Source of the DNA: Candidatus Hermodarchaeota archaeon
GTDB taxonomy: Archaea; Asgardarchaeota; Lokiarchaeia; Sigyniarchaeales; SOKP01
DNA length: 64,000 bases
Reading direction: 5' to 3'
Assembly: GCA_048885925.1 (NCBI GenBank)
Contig: JBHLLG010000001.1
Location: forward strand, 35,105 to 99,104
Shown here: in pieces, positions 10,655-21,512 of the stretch
Layout of the letters: each line of letters starts with the position of its first letter
Position numbering within the stretch: the stretch's first letter is position 1
The notes under the pieces: model-generated
What the model saw: the letters and a program-made list of their open reading frames with translations, nothing else
The model's database searches: none
Told to the model about the DNA's origin: nothing
Translations under genes and position numbers: made by a program

Positions 10655-11293
10655 CTAATTCATATTTAAAAAGCCCACATACACAATAACAATAGTTATA
10701 ATTATTAAAAGAATATTTAGTGGAGTTGGTATAATACGATTTGGAGCTTTTTCTTTATAATCTTCATATTTTTTACCATATTTCGGAATTAACATTAATT
10801 TTTCTTCAATTATAGCATTTATTTCTAAGATGATGAACATTAAGGGGCTAAGTATCAATGATATTAATGAATCTGAGATAATGGCTGCTCCTAAGAAAAT
10901 AATCCCCCAAGCTGAATACCTAGGATGTCTTATTAACCTAAAAATTCCATGAGTAATTAATTTAGAGTTGTTGGCGTCTGTAGGTTTAACCCTATACATT
11001 TGTCTTGCTCTTTTAGAAAAGTTTATACCGACAATTATGAATAAAATTCCAAGTAATGTAAAATAGATCCAATAATCTTGAAAATAACTATAATTATTAG
11101 GAAAAAATAATCGTAAAAAGCTTGAATTAATAATGGGTATTGGAACTATGGATAATGTCCATATTATTGGAAATAGTTTATTGAATAGTCTTACTATTTT
11201 TATTTCTTTGTTTTTTATTCTGAGAAATAACAGCCAATATACAATAAGATTGATCATGAAGATCAAGAATAAAATGATACTTATTGCTAACAT
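10655..11293 (-). CDS. Isoprenylcysteine carboxyl methyltransferase (ICMT/PEMT) family membrane protein
   Basis: KLITHGIFRLIRHPRY, EEKL...KYGKKYEDYK; TM-rich. Confidence 0.85.
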   Translation of the reverse strand: MLAISIILFLIFMINLIVYWLLFLRIKNKEIKIVRLFNKLFPIIWTLSIVPIPIINSSFLRLFFPNNYSYFQDYWIYFTLLGILFIIVGINFSKRARQMYRVKPTDANNSKLITHGIFRLIRHPRYSAWGIIFLGAAIISDSLISLILSPLMFIILEINAIIEEKLMLIPKYGKKYEDYKEKAPNRIIPTPLNILLIIITIVIVYVGFLNMN

Positions 11294-11367
11294 TTTATTA
11301 ATTGAAGGGAAATTAAAACTATTATAATGAATCTTTAATAGATTTTATAATTTCTGGTCTTTAGTTA

Positions 11368-12444
11368 TCAATATTTTCCATATTTATTTACAGCTTTCAT
11401 GAAAGTTCTTACATTTTTAAGCGGTATCTCCTTAAAAATTACTGTGCTTGGGCCGATAATAAAATGTTTATTTTCCTTTAAAATATTCATGAGTTCTTTT
11501 ACATGACTTTCAACTTGCTCTTTATTTCCATAAGGAAGGATATAACTAACATCCCCAAATCCAATAATCACAAAATCGGGAAAATTATCATTAATATATT
11601 TAGGATCAGCACCTCCCTCCCAACCTTGCAAACCTTGAAAGCCTGCCTGCTGAAAAGAAGAAATTAATTCTGTTGGATCACCATCAGTATGGATCTGAGG
11701 AATCATATTAGAATCCCGGATGATTGAATTAATTTCCTTATAATAAGGTAAAAAATCTTGGTTCCATCTATCTTTTGATATCATGGATCTCCCCTTAAAA
11801 GCAACATCATCTAATATTGTAACAACTTTTCCTCTTTCTCCTGTAGCATCTATTAAACCTTCAATATTTAACTTTGTTAATTCAGCATAGAACTTAATTA
11901 ATTTTTTGTAAAGTGGAGTATTTTTCCGAAAATTTCGACTGAAATTAGCCATTCCCATCCCCTTCCATACCCTATCAAATATACCGTCTATTGTTAATAC
12001 TGGAAAAATAAATGGAGCTAACTCTTCATACTGCTTTATAATCTTTTTTATATTTTTGCTATTATCAATTTGTTTTAAGTTTGCCCATAGTTGATTTAAT
12101 ATTTCAATGGAATCGATATATCCTCCTTCATAATAACTTGATTTATGTTTTATTGATTGCCCATTTTCCTTAATTGAAACCAATTTTCTGTTATCCTCAT
12201 AAATCTTAATCAGTTTAATTTTGAAACTTGATGGAAAGGGAGCAAAGACTGAGTCAAATCCTAATATGAAAGGTATATCAAAATATGGATTATTGAGCAA
12301 TAAGCCATTATAATTAAGTAAAATTTTCTCTTTATATTTTAAAATAAATTCATCTCTTATATATTGGACATGAGTTGGAACTTCTTCCAACATTTTTCTC
12401 ATTTTATAGTCAAAAACTGCCAGATATCGATCTCTAGCATTCAT
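11368..12444 (-). CDS. Uroporphyrinogen decarboxylase/MtaA-CmuA family TIM-barrel protein
   Basis: MNARDRY, LDDVAFKG, HTDG, GDV...LPYG, HFIIGPS. Confidence 0.8.
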   Translation of the reverse strand: MNARDRYLAVFDYKMRKMLEEVPTHVQYIRDEFILKYKEKILLNYNGLLLNNPYFDIPFILGFDSVFAPFPSSFKIKLIKIYEDNRKLVSIKENGQSIKHKSSYYEGGYIDSIEILNQLWANLKQIDNSKNIKKIIKQYEELAPFIFPVLTIDGIFDRVWKGMGMANFSRNFRKNTPLYKKLIKFYAELTKLNIEGLIDATGERGKVVTILDDVAFKGRSMISKDRWNQDFLPYYKEINSIIRDSNMIPQIHTDGDPTELISSFQQAGFQGLQGWEGGADPKYINDNFPDFVIIGFGDVSYILPYGNKEQVESHVKELMNILKENKHFIIGPSTVIFKEIPLKNVRTFMKAVNKYGKY

Positions 12445-12555
12445 TATTTTGTTTAATAGTTTAATTTTAATCTCTTTTTGTTAAATTCAATAATTATTTC
12501 GGATTAACATACATTTAAAACTTAAGTCTTAATTTAAGAATATTATACAAAGATA

Positions 12556-12927
12556 ATGATGTTTAAAATGGAAGAGGAAGAAGAAGGAAATAAATTAAGC
12601 AAGCAAGAACTAGAGTTATTCTATGAAGTGTTGTTTAAAAGGATACTGGACATAATGAAAAAACCAGAAATGGAACAAGACCCTTTTGGAGAAATGATAA
12701 ATAGACTTTCTGTATTATCGGGGATCTTTAGTTTTAGAGCTATGACTTCTTTGATTCCTGAGTTAATCGCAGCTGCTGTAAAGTATGGAATGATGATCGA
12801 ACAAGCATATGAAGAAGAACAATTAAATTTAGATGAAGATATACAAGGTTTTGATGAAGAGGGAGGGATACGAAAACGTATTTCTAAAATTCAGGAAGAT
12901 GTTGATAAATTAAATATTTATTTATAG
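12556..12927 (+). CDS. Hypothetical acidic helical protein
   Basis: 123 aa ORF in a gap between minus-strand genes; no recognised motif. Confidence 0.65.
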   Translation: MMFKMEEEEEGNKLSKQELELFYEVLFKRILDIMKKPEMEQDPFGEMINRLSVLSGIFSFRAMTSLIPELIAAAVKYGMMIEQAYEEEQLNLDEDIQGFDEEGGIRKRISKIQEDVDKLNIYL

Positions 12928-13026
12928 AACTAAATTTCACTTAGGTAATTTTTTTTATTTTCTAATAATGGACTAGTTCTAATAAAAAGGAAAAAAATGA
13001 ATTAGTTTTAAATAAATATATAAAAA

Positions 13027-15144
13027 TTACTGATATTTGCTTTTAAAATCCTTTAATTTGTTCATTACTTGATCATATAAGGGGCCAACAATGATCTTTT
13101 CTCCAAGAGCTTTTAACTCTTTTGCGTAGGCTAAAATTTGGTGAAGAACTGGTCCAGGTGGAAATTGATCTCTTTTACTTTCTAACAAATTTCCTAAAAC
13201 TTCACTTTTTGGAGCTCGATCAACAACCTTATATAAATCAATAAATAAATCATGTAATTTTCCTGCTTGAGAACTAGCAACGTGAGCTTTTGGAACCTCT
13301 GTACTAGTAGAGGCGCCTCCAGACATACCTGTTGCTTCAGAACTTCCTCGACCTAGAACCAGAACTTGGGGTTCAGACCTAGGATAATCACCAGTACCAG
13401 AACAATTATAGTTAATACTTATTGAAGAACCTCCTTTTACTTCTGGAATTTTTATCTGTAATTCAGATTCATCACCTGTTTGTATAACTTCATGTGTTGC
13501 CCTTGGAGGTGGAGTAAATTCTGTTAAACTAAATCCAGAAGGTATGAGATCTTTAACAATTAAATTTTCTAATTCCACATCTCCTTTGTTTTCTACTCTA
13601 ACAGAAATGCTGAATTCACCTTCATTCAGTCCTGGTTTAATACTTTTAAGTGTTTTAAGTTTACGTTTTACATATCTAACCTTTAACTCAGGCTCTACTT
13701 CTGAAACTCTTCGAAGAGATTTACCTTCTATAGGGCTGTTAATTTCTATTTTCAATGGTGTCATATATTGAGTTTCTGAGGGTGGACGTGGATTTCTTGC
13801 CAATAAGGGATATGAAACAATCAGCTTTTTATTAGGAAGAAATTCATTTGAAAGATTAAATAACTCAACATAAATCTTATGCATTTTAGAGAAATCTTGA
13901 TCACCCGGATCTATTAGTATTTTTTGAATATATTCATTTCTAGAACTTATATCAGCTTCTCCTAAATTGATTTTAATTTCCTTAACTAATGGAGGTACAA
14001 AATCAGCTGGAATTTCATCTAATAAAAAGCATTTTTCAATATTAGAAGACCCATTGTTTAGAATATTATTTGTTATTGTCATTTTTGTATTAGCATAGGC
14101 ATCTACTTCTGCAGGATCTATTAACTTTTCAACAGAAGCACTTAAAACAGTGTATAGAGAAGATTCTTTCGTTATTTCACCTACAACTCTTGGAATTATA
14201 ACATATAATGGTGTAAATCCAATTTCAGAGCTCAATTCTGGAATATCTTTTGCTTCTACCTGAAAACTAAAATACCATGAGTCCTCTGGATTTAAAACCC
14301 TATCAGGAGTCTGGGAAACTACCGTTTCAGTACCAGTTGTAATTTTTTGTGAGACTTTTATATCTTCAAGCTTTACTTGAAATTCAGACTCGTTAATAAA
14401 TTCAATATTACAATCCCACATTCCTGGTTGAGATCCTTCATCTCGATCGATCCCACTCATAGAATCTGTGTCTCCACGAACTTCTGGATTTATCATGGTT
14501 AATTTATAATTATTAATCATATAAGTCACATTTAAAATACCAAGTGCTTGTTCACTCCTTTCTTTTATATTAACCGTAAAATAGATTTCTAATTCAGCCT
14601 TATTGTTTCCCTCTAATGAAGTAACATCCCAAGATAAAATTCTTTTTCCTTCCTCTTCTTTCAATGTGGCTTCACCTAAGCTAGGTTTTCGGAACTCGAT
14701 TTCTTGAATAAATTTAGGTATCTCCCTAGTTACTTTAATATCTAAAATAGGTAAATTTAAAGGATTATTTAGAACAATTTTTAGGCTACATTTATTATCG
14801 CTTTGAAAATGGAATGTATTATTTACTATTCCAGGGAGAGAAACATCCGTATCAAAGATTTCTTCGATATTTAAACTTGGTCCTTTTAAATCTTTAATTT
14901 CATATTCTTGTATAAATTCTTGAGTAGGATTTAGAGCTCCAACAGTTAATTCTTTTGTCCCGATAGATGTATTCACAGTTTCTTTAAGATTACAAATCAA
15001 ATTCCATAGTCTACTTCTCTGTGAAGGATTTTTTATGACTAATTTTCCATTTCCAGTAATATTTTTTAAATTCGATAAACCATCTAGAATTATTTTTTCA
15101 TAGTCTGTGATATCTACAACTATATTTTGCAACATTGTTATCAA
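13027..15144 (-). CDS. Large cytoplasmic multi-beta-sandwich (Ig/DUF11-like repeat) protein with a C-terminal helical domain
   Basis: Repeated 'I.l.N.....I..I.V.D.IP..F' units (LKIVLNNPLNLPILDIKVTREIP; ISVRVENKGDVELENLIVKDLIPSGF); no signal peptide. Confidence 0.7.
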   Translation of the reverse strand: MITMLQNIVVDITDYEKIILDGLSNLKNITGNGKLVIKNPSQRSRLWNLICNLKETVNTSIGTKELTVGALNPTQEFIQEYEIKDLKGPSLNIEEIFDTDVSLPGIVNNTFHFQSDNKCSLKIVLNNPLNLPILDIKVTREIPKFIQEIEFRKPSLGEATLKEEEGKRILSWDVTSLEGNNKAELEIYFTVNIKERSEQALGILNVTYMINNYKLTMINPEVRGDTDSMSGIDRDEGSQPGMWDCNIEFINESEFQVKLEDIKVSQKITTGTETVVSQTPDRVLNPEDSWYFSFQVEAKDIPELSSEIGFTPLYVIIPRVVGEITKESSLYTVLSASVEKLIDPAEVDAYANTKMTITNNILNNGSSNIEKCFLLDEIPADFVPPLVKEIKINLGEADISSRNEYIQKILIDPGDQDFSKMHKIYVELFNLSNEFLPNKKLIVSYPLLARNPRPPSETQYMTPLKIEINSPIEGKSLRRVSEVEPELKVRYVKRKLKTLKSIKPGLNEGEFSISVRVENKGDVELENLIVKDLIPSGFSLTEFTPPPRATHEVIQTGDESELQIKIPEVKGGSSISINYNCSGTGDYPRSEPQVLVLGRGSSEATGMSGGASTSTEVPKAHVASSQAGKLHDLFIDLYKVVDRAPKSEVLGNLLESKRDQFPPGPVLHQILAYAKELKALGEKIIVGPLYDQVMNKLKDFKSKYQ

Positions 15145-15331
15145 TTTTTTTTAATTCTTAATAAATTTAGTTTATATAAAATTTGTTATAACAAATTTTT
15201 TCTAAATAATAAAAAAATAATAAAGTGGATATTTAAATATCTTTTTAGATAAAAAGATATTTTAAATACAATTCTTAAATGATAATCAATTTGACCAATA
15301 AAGATTAGGGATATCATAAAATAAAATAATT

Positions 15332-16144
15332 GTGGTTAAAATAAGATTTTGGAATATTGTAGAAAATTATAATAATTTAATGAGTTCTGCAATCGAGGGA
15401 CCAAATTGTAAAATTGTTTGTAATGGTGATTGCTGTTCAATTACAATCGATGTCCCCAAAATTTTAGCAAAAGAATACATTAAACGAGGATTTGCTACCA
15501 AGGATGATTTCATAAGAAGTAATGTTTTTAGTTTTAAATTAAGATTCGACGAAAATAAACGAAAATGTTTCCTATTTGATAAATCTATTAATGGATGTAT
15601 AGTTCATAATTCAGGTATCAAACCTCCACAATGTTGGATTTATCCTACTAATTTTTCAAATCCAGAAAATAAGGATATAAGTTGTAAAAAAGTTAATGGT
15701 TGGAAAATAATAGATACACAAAAAACTAAAGAAGCTGAAAAATTATTAAACTACTATGTTTTTTTATGCCAGCTCGAGGCCAAAAAAGAAATCAAACAGG
15801 TTCAGAATAGATTATCGATAAGCATATTTGAAAATTCTTTAAAAACGATATTAAAAAGCACTATTCCTCATCAATTGGCTGGATTTAAAGATACATGGGA
15901 TAGGATAACAATTCTCTTAGCACAAGGTATATCCTTACAAATAGAAAAATTTTGTAAAAAATATAATAAAACATGCGATTATATTAAGAATCATAACTTT
16001 TTAGATTGTCAATCCATTTGTGAAAAAGTATCACAAGGATTATTAGAATTTCTAGAACAAAAATTATATAAATATATACAAAAACATCCAAATGGTGAAG
16101 GAGAATATCCCTTATTTAAATTAGATGAATTAGATCATAGCTAA
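15332..16144 (+). CDS. YkgJ-like cysteine-cluster (Fe-S/Zn) protein
   Basis: CxxxCxGDCC, CFLFD...GCIVH...KPPQCWIYP. Confidence 0.7.
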   Translation: MVKIRFWNIVENYNNLMSSAIEGPNCKIVCNGDCCSITIDVPKILAKEYIKRGFATKDDFIRSNVFSFKLRFDENKRKCFLFDKSINGCIVHNSGIKPPQCWIYPTNFSNPENKDISCKKVNGWKIIDTQKTKEAEKLLNYYVFLCQLEAKKEIKQVQNRLSISIFENSLKTILKSTIPHQLAGFKDTWDRITILLAQGISLQIEKFCKKYNKTCDYIKNHNFLDCQSICEKVSQGLLEFLEQKLYKYIQKHPNGEGEYPLFKLDELDHS

Positions 16145-16299
16145 TTAATATTTTTTTATTCAAATTAGGAAATAATTATTTTTATTTAAAGTTTTATTGA
16201 TTTTATAAAAGAAGATATAATGCGTATTCTCTACGTAATATACCAGCTTAAATAATATTTGGATCATTATTCAAATAATATTCAAATAATATCACCCCT

Positions 16300-16677
16300 T
16301 TGTATTCAATGTCATTAGGAAATAAAAGTCTAATAGAATTAACGAGAAATGTTTTTTCCGAAAAATATGATTTTATTAATGGTCCAATACAATATAAAGG
16401 AAAATCAGGCAAGTTCTGGACTTTTGATGCAATTGTGAAAAATAAAAGTAATGCATTTGGGATCTTTATTCGTGATTGGAAAAGAGAAATTTCAATCACA
16501 CAATTAAGGCAACTTCATAAAGCCTGCCTTGATACAAAATTAGTAGGGGGAATCATGATTTGTAATGTTATTACAGACTTTTCTCGTGAATACAGCTCAC
16601 AGTTTGGAATTCAATTACTCTCAAAAGGCCATCTTATATCAACATTACGAAGAAGGAGAGTTCAAGACGATTTTTAA
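16300..16677 (+). CDS. Small Mrr-like PD-(D/E)XK restriction-endonuclease-fold protein
   Basis: GKSGKFWTFDAIV, GGIMICN...FS...FGIQLL pattern; alternative ATG at 16309. Confidence 0.6.
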   Translation: MYSMSLGNKSLIELTRNVFSEKYDFINGPIQYKGKSGKFWTFDAIVKNKSNAFGIFIRDWKREISITQLRQLHKACLDTKLVGGIMICNVITDFSREYSSQFGIQLLSKGHLISTLRRRRVQDDF

Positions 16678-16892
16678 AGTCACTCTTTCTAATTTACTTT
16701 TTTACAAAAATAAATTTGTTTTATTGTAATTTTATATATTTAAAAGTTTGACTTTATATGAATAAGGGATTTTCTATTCTTAGAATTCTTAAAATATCTT
16801 TAAATTCATAGATTTAAAACGTTAAAAATTTATAAGGGAATAAGATAGAATATTATAATAAAATACAAAGAAGAAATTCAATCGTTTCAATT

Positions 16893-17186
16893 TTGATATT
16901 TGTTTACCAATTTAAGGAAGAATTACAAGATTTTGAAGAAATCGAAGTAAAAGAAAATGTACCCTTATTTGAATTATTAAATTCAGATAAAATTCTCCTT
17001 TTTGTAAATCAACATGATCAGAAAGTTTGGATGTGGGAGGGAGCAAATACAAATCCAAGAATGAAGTTTATAGCAGCACAAGCAGCTCCACATGTAAGAG
17101 ATAAGCATGATATAACTTTTACTATTACATCTGTTGATGAAAACAATGAGACTGCTGCTTTTAAAATACTGGTAGGACTCATTTAA
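16893..17186 (+). CDS. Single-domain gelsolin-like protein
   Basis: LLNSDKILLFV...KVWMWEGANTNPRMKFIAAQAA...VDENNETAAF matches the gelsolin repeat consensus (L.S.D..ILD...vwvW.G....E..E...F). Confidence 0.8.
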   Translation: MIFVYQFKEELQDFEEIEVKENVPLFELLNSDKILLFVNQHDQKVWMWEGANTNPRMKFIAAQAAPHVRDKHDITFTITSVDENNETAAFKILVGLI

Positions 17187-17446
17187 CAGTTTGTTAGAAA
17201 ATCGAATAATAGATTCAATGTGAATCTCAAAATTTATTAAATAACCTCTCTTAGATCATTTTTTAGTTTAAAATTTCAAAATATAATTAATTTGATTAGA
17301 ATCATCTTATTATAATATTTGAAGATTCAACATTTTTAATAAAAAGAAATATAATAAAAATAAAGAAAAAAAACATTTCAGATTCCTCGGCCTAGAACAA
17401 ACGGTTTTTGAAAAATTCTAAAGTTAATTAAAAATGCAATAAAATT

Positions 17447-19582
17447 TTGAGCGATAAGAAAGATAAAAAAGAAGAAGAATACATATTCGAATTTTATGAT
17501 AACGATTATGTCGTATCATTAGAGGATAAATCATCAATTCCAAAAGAAAAATATAAGGACATAAATTTTATCGAAGATTTAAATGAAGAACAACTTCAGA
17601 TTGTTAATAATATCAATGGTCCAATGTTAGTAATTGCAGGTGCCGGAAGTGGTAAAACAAGAACTATTGTTTATTCCGTCGCAAAGTTGTTACTTTCTGG
17701 GATAAGACCTAGTGAGATCATGTTAGTTACTTTTACAAATAAAGCAGCGAACGAAATGATTAAACGAGTAGAAACTCTTCTTGGAAAACGTCCAAAAGGA
17801 ATATGGGCAGGAACATTTCATTCTATAGCTAATCGTTTTATCCGTAGATATGCTCAAATGTTAGGTTTAAAAACTAACTATACTATAATGGATGAAACAG
17901 ATGCAAAAACATTAATGAAACTCGCAATTGAAAAAGCAAATGTAAAAGAAATTGAAGTTCGTTTTCCAAGTTCGAGAATGGCAAAAGATGTTTTATCTTA
18001 TTCCATCAATTGTAATAAGTTAATTCGAGATGTTATATTATGGAAGTATAACCAATTTGATAGTGAAATAATTATTAAAAAGTTAGAAGAAGTATTTAAG
18101 ATTTACAAAAAAAAGAAGGCTCAAGATAATTTGGTAGATTTTGATGATTTATTAATATACTGGAATCTGTTATTGGATGAACGAGCAGTTGCTCAATTAA
18201 TTGCTAAGAATATAAAATATATTCTTGTAGATGAATATCAAGATACAAACTACATACAAGATGAGATAATCTATAAAATTGTAAAACAAAATCCAGGACA
18301 TAACATTATGGCAGTAGGTGATGACGCTCAAAGTATATATGCATTCAGAGGAGCTAATTTTCAAAATATTCTGAATTTTGAATCAAAACATAAGGATTGT
18401 TCGAGGTATAAAATAACTTATAACTATAGAAGTGTTCCTGAAATTTTAGATTTGGCAAACGACTCAATAGAACATAATAAAAATCAATTTAAGAAGTCAA
18501 TGCGCACCACTCGCCCTAAAGGAATATTACCATTCCAAGTTAATTTGGGAGATGATACGGATCAAGCAAGATTTATAGCAAATCAAATTTTAAAATTAAG
18601 ATCAAATGGATTTACTTTAAATGAAATGGCGATACTAATTCGAGCAGGATCTCATTCACTTAAAATAGAGCTTGAATTAAAAGCTAGAAATATACCATAT
18701 GAAGTTCGAGCTGGAGTTGCATTTTTCGAAAGAGCTCATATAAAAGATATATTAGCTCATTTAAAGATAATTGAGAATCCACATGATGAAGTTTCATGGT
18801 TTAGAATCTTTTCAATTATTCATGGGATTGGAACTTCCTCTGGTTCAAAAATTTTTGAAGCAATTTCAAATATAGAATATCCAATTGATTCTTTAATCAA
18901 TAAAATGTTTTATGCTGAAAAATTAAAGAATTCTCGGATTTCTAACGAAGGTTTAAAAAATTTAATCTCTTATGCAAAAAAATTGATAGATTTTAATCCT
19001 GAAGATAATCCTTCAGAAGTAATCAAAAATTTAATTGATATCTTAGAAGATCATTTAAAATCTAAATTTGATAATTGGCAAGAACGTGTAGAAGATATAA
19101 TTCAATTAAGTGTATATGCTCAAAATTTCCCAACAATTAGAAGATTCTTAGAAAATTTAAGTTTAAATTTATCTTCTTTAGAGTCTAAAACCGTGCTTTC
19201 AGCTGATCAAACCGAAGAAGAAAAACCATTAATATTATCTACAATACATAGAGCAAAAGGGCTTGAATGGCGAGTTGTATTTATTCCTATGTTATATGAA
19301 GGAGCATTCCCATCAAGTAGAAGTATAGATGATCCAGATGCTTTAGAGGAGGAACGTAGAGTTTTTTATGTTGCATTAACACGAGCTAAAGATCAGCTAT
19401 ACCTTATAACTCCCTCTCTTAAAAATACATATCGGGGTCCACAAATTGTAAAACCATCCCAATTTGTCTCTGAATTAAATCCAAAAGTATATAAAAAATC
19501 TTCAGTCCAATTCAAATCTAAGAAAGAAAAAGGGAAAGTTGATAAAAAAGATTTATTCAAATCAGCAATAGATCTTTTATAG
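17447..19582 (+). CDS. uvrD: UvrD/PcrA/Rep SF1A DNA helicase
   Basis: AGAGSGKT, TFTNKAA, GTFHS, VDEYQDTN, VGDDAQSIYAFRGA, NYRS, TIHRAKGLEW, EEERRVFYVALTRA. Confidence 0.95.
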   Translation: MSDKKDKKEEEYIFEFYDNDYVVSLEDKSSIPKEKYKDINFIEDLNEEQLQIVNNINGPMLVIAGAGSGKTRTIVYSVAKLLLSGIRPSEIMLVTFTNKAANEMIKRVETLLGKRPKGIWAGTFHSIANRFIRRYAQMLGLKTNYTIMDETDAKTLMKLAIEKANVKEIEVRFPSSRMAKDVLSYSINCNKLIRDVILWKYNQFDSEIIIKKLEEVFKIYKKKKAQDNLVDFDDLLIYWNLLLDERAVAQLIAKNIKYILVDEYQDTNYIQDEIIYKIVKQNPGHNIMAVGDDAQSIYAFRGANFQNILNFESKHKDCSRYKITYNYRSVPEILDLANDSIEHNKNQFKKSMRTTRPKGILPFQVNLGDDTDQARFIANQILKLRSNGFTLNEMAILIRAGSHSLKIELELKARNIPYEVRAGVAFFERAHIKDILAHLKIIENPHDEVSWFRIFSIIHGIGTSSGSKIFEAISNIEYPIDSLINKMFYAEKLKNSRISNEGLKNLISYAKKLIDFNPEDNPSEVIKNLIDILEDHLKSKFDNWQERVEDIIQLSVYAQNFPTIRRFLENLSLNLSSLESKTVLSADQTEEEKPLILSTIHRAKGLEWRVVFIPMLYEGAFPSSRSIDDPDALEEERRVFYVALTRAKDQLYLITPSLKNTYRGPQIVKPSQFVSELNPKVYKKSSVQFKSKKEKGKVDKKDLFKSAIDLL

Positions 19583-19737
19583 ACTACAAAATTAACTAAG
19601 TCTTTGAACTTTATATAATAAAACCGTTATAACATTCAAAAAACAATAAACGAATATAATTTTGTATTAATATAATTTTTTATTTATTTAGAGTGAATAA
19701 TAATATTAAATAATAAGAAGTAAGAGTAAAGATAAAA

Positions 19738-21486
19738 ATGATAATTAGAATAAATTCTCTCGAAAGTACAATAGAGATTTTTTATGAAAAATATATCCAT
19801 CTTCATGGTTTCATAAAACTAGAAGCTAAAGATGAAAAAGAAAAGAAAGAATATACAATAATTATTCAAATTTTAAATGAACAAACAATCTCCGATTATG
19901 TTTTAACACGCCAGAAGTTAAAAAATGTAAAAATTACAGATTATATTACAGCTGAATTAGAGACCGAATTACAATATGTAATTCAAGGACGTCCAATTAT
20001 TTGTACAGAATTAGATACAAAATTAAACAAAAAGACTGATCATACGATAAATGTATTTTTTATTATTGAGGATTTGATGGAAAAGGAGATATTAAAACCT
20101 CATTCTATGAAAATTTCAGAAACTCAAGATGATAGATCAGCATATTTAAAAAAAATCTTTAATCCAGAAGGAATTTTCATGGGAAAATTAGCATCAGAAG
20201 AAAGAGTTAATGTGTTTTTTCCCTATAAATATTTAATGTATCATTTTTTTATAGCCGGGGCGACAGGGATGGGAAAATCAAACTTAAATCAAGTTTTTAT
20301 AGATGGATTACTCCAACATAATGCGGAAGTAATTCTGAAGGGTAAGGGAACGAAAACTTCAATGTTAGCAATAGATATGCATGATGAATATGCACTTGGT
20401 TGTATAAAGCATGGTGTTAATGATATATGTAAAGCAACTCAGTATAATAAGAATCTATTTGGAAAATGGTTTTATCTTTACCCAAATAAAGGAATTCCTC
20501 CTGCTGAAATAAAAAGTATGGCAGAGCCCTGTATTATTAATTATCAAGAAATTAAACCAGAAGATCTTTTTGCAACAGGATCTTTTAATGATCTACAAGT
20601 AGGAGCGATTTATTCGGCTTATAGAAGTGATTCTGAAAATTATATAGAGAATTTGTTATCCGATGGCTATAGGCCACCAGGAGGTCATGATGATAAAACT
20701 ATGGCAGCAATTAGGAGAAGAATGCATTGGTTAGAATTTTCTGATATGTTTCAATCCTATGCAAGTAGTAAATTACCAAAAATTGTAAAGAAATTAGAGA
20801 AAGGTGGTTTGATCATATTTAACTCTTCAATGATATCTGATTTAGAACAATTTTTATTCAATAGTGTTTTAGCAAGAACACTATTTGATATCAGAAAATC
20901 TCTTAAATCATCAACAGACCTGCCAATGTTGGAGAAAAAATTTGAACAAACTTTACCTAAGAATTTCTTTAACAATTATAAAGCTAATGTTAAAAATATC
21001 TATGTAAAAACAGGTAATTCGATAAAAGAACCAACAGAGATGCCAATAATTATTTTCACTATTGAAGAAGCTCCAAGTATTTTACGGCCAGAGTTGATGA
21101 AGTATAACAATGTATTTAAGGATATATCACGCCAAGGCAGAAAATTTAATTTAGGTTTAGAAGTTATATCCCAACAATACTCCCCTATTGATGATACTAT
21201 TTTATCAAATATGAATACAGTGATTAACCTCCCTTTAAGATCTGATACAGAAAAAGCTATTGCTGCTAAAATATTAGGTGGTGGTATTCAATATAGTGAT
21301 CTTGAATCATTAACTGGAACGAGAGGAATTGCTTTAATCTCTGGTATTTGGCTCACTAATTTTCAGAAATTAAAAATTCCATTATATGATGATTATTTTA
21401 ACTTAGTCTCAAAAAAATTCTATGAAGAATTCGCAAAAAAGATGGCATCTCAAGGTAATAAACCCCCTCCAACAGGATTACCATAA
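19738..21486 (+). CDS. herA: HerA helicase/translocase (FtsK-HerA family)
   Basis: HFFIAGATGMGKS, IDMHDEY, IEEAP, RQGRKFNLGL..ISQ; adjacent to nurA/mre11/rad50. Confidence 0.88.
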   Translation: MIIRINSLESTIEIFYEKYIHLHGFIKLEAKDEKEKKEYTIIIQILNEQTISDYVLTRQKLKNVKITDYITAELETELQYVIQGRPIICTELDTKLNKKTDHTINVFFIIEDLMEKEILKPHSMKISETQDDRSAYLKKIFNPEGIFMGKLASEERVNVFFPYKYLMYHFFIAGATGMGKSNLNQVFIDGLLQHNAEVILKGKGTKTSMLAIDMHDEYALGCIKHGVNDICKATQYNKNLFGKWFYLYPNKGIPPAEIKSMAEPCIINYQEIKPEDLFATGSFNDLQVGAIYSAYRSDSENYIENLLSDGYRPPGGHDDKTMAAIRRRMHWLEFSDMFQSYASSKLPKIVKKLEKGGLIIFNSSMISDLEQFLFNSVLARTLFDIRKSLKSSTDLPMLEKKFEQTLPKNFFNNYKANVKNIYVKTGNSIKEPTEMPIIIFTIEEAPSILRPELMKYNNVFKDISRQGRKFNLGLEVISQQYSPIDDTILSNMNTVINLPLRSDTEKAIAAKILGGGIQYSDLESLTGTRGIALISGIWLTNFQKLKIPLYDDYFNLVSKKFYEEFAKKMASQGNKPPPTGLP

Positions 21487-21512
21487 TAAATTATATAAAT
21501 GTTTGAAGGTGA

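Noticed and set aside
17187-17446. Short GC-richer patch (GATTCCTCGGCCTAG) in the intergenic region as a tRNA or ncRNA
   Set aside because: No cloverleaf or stable stem could be built
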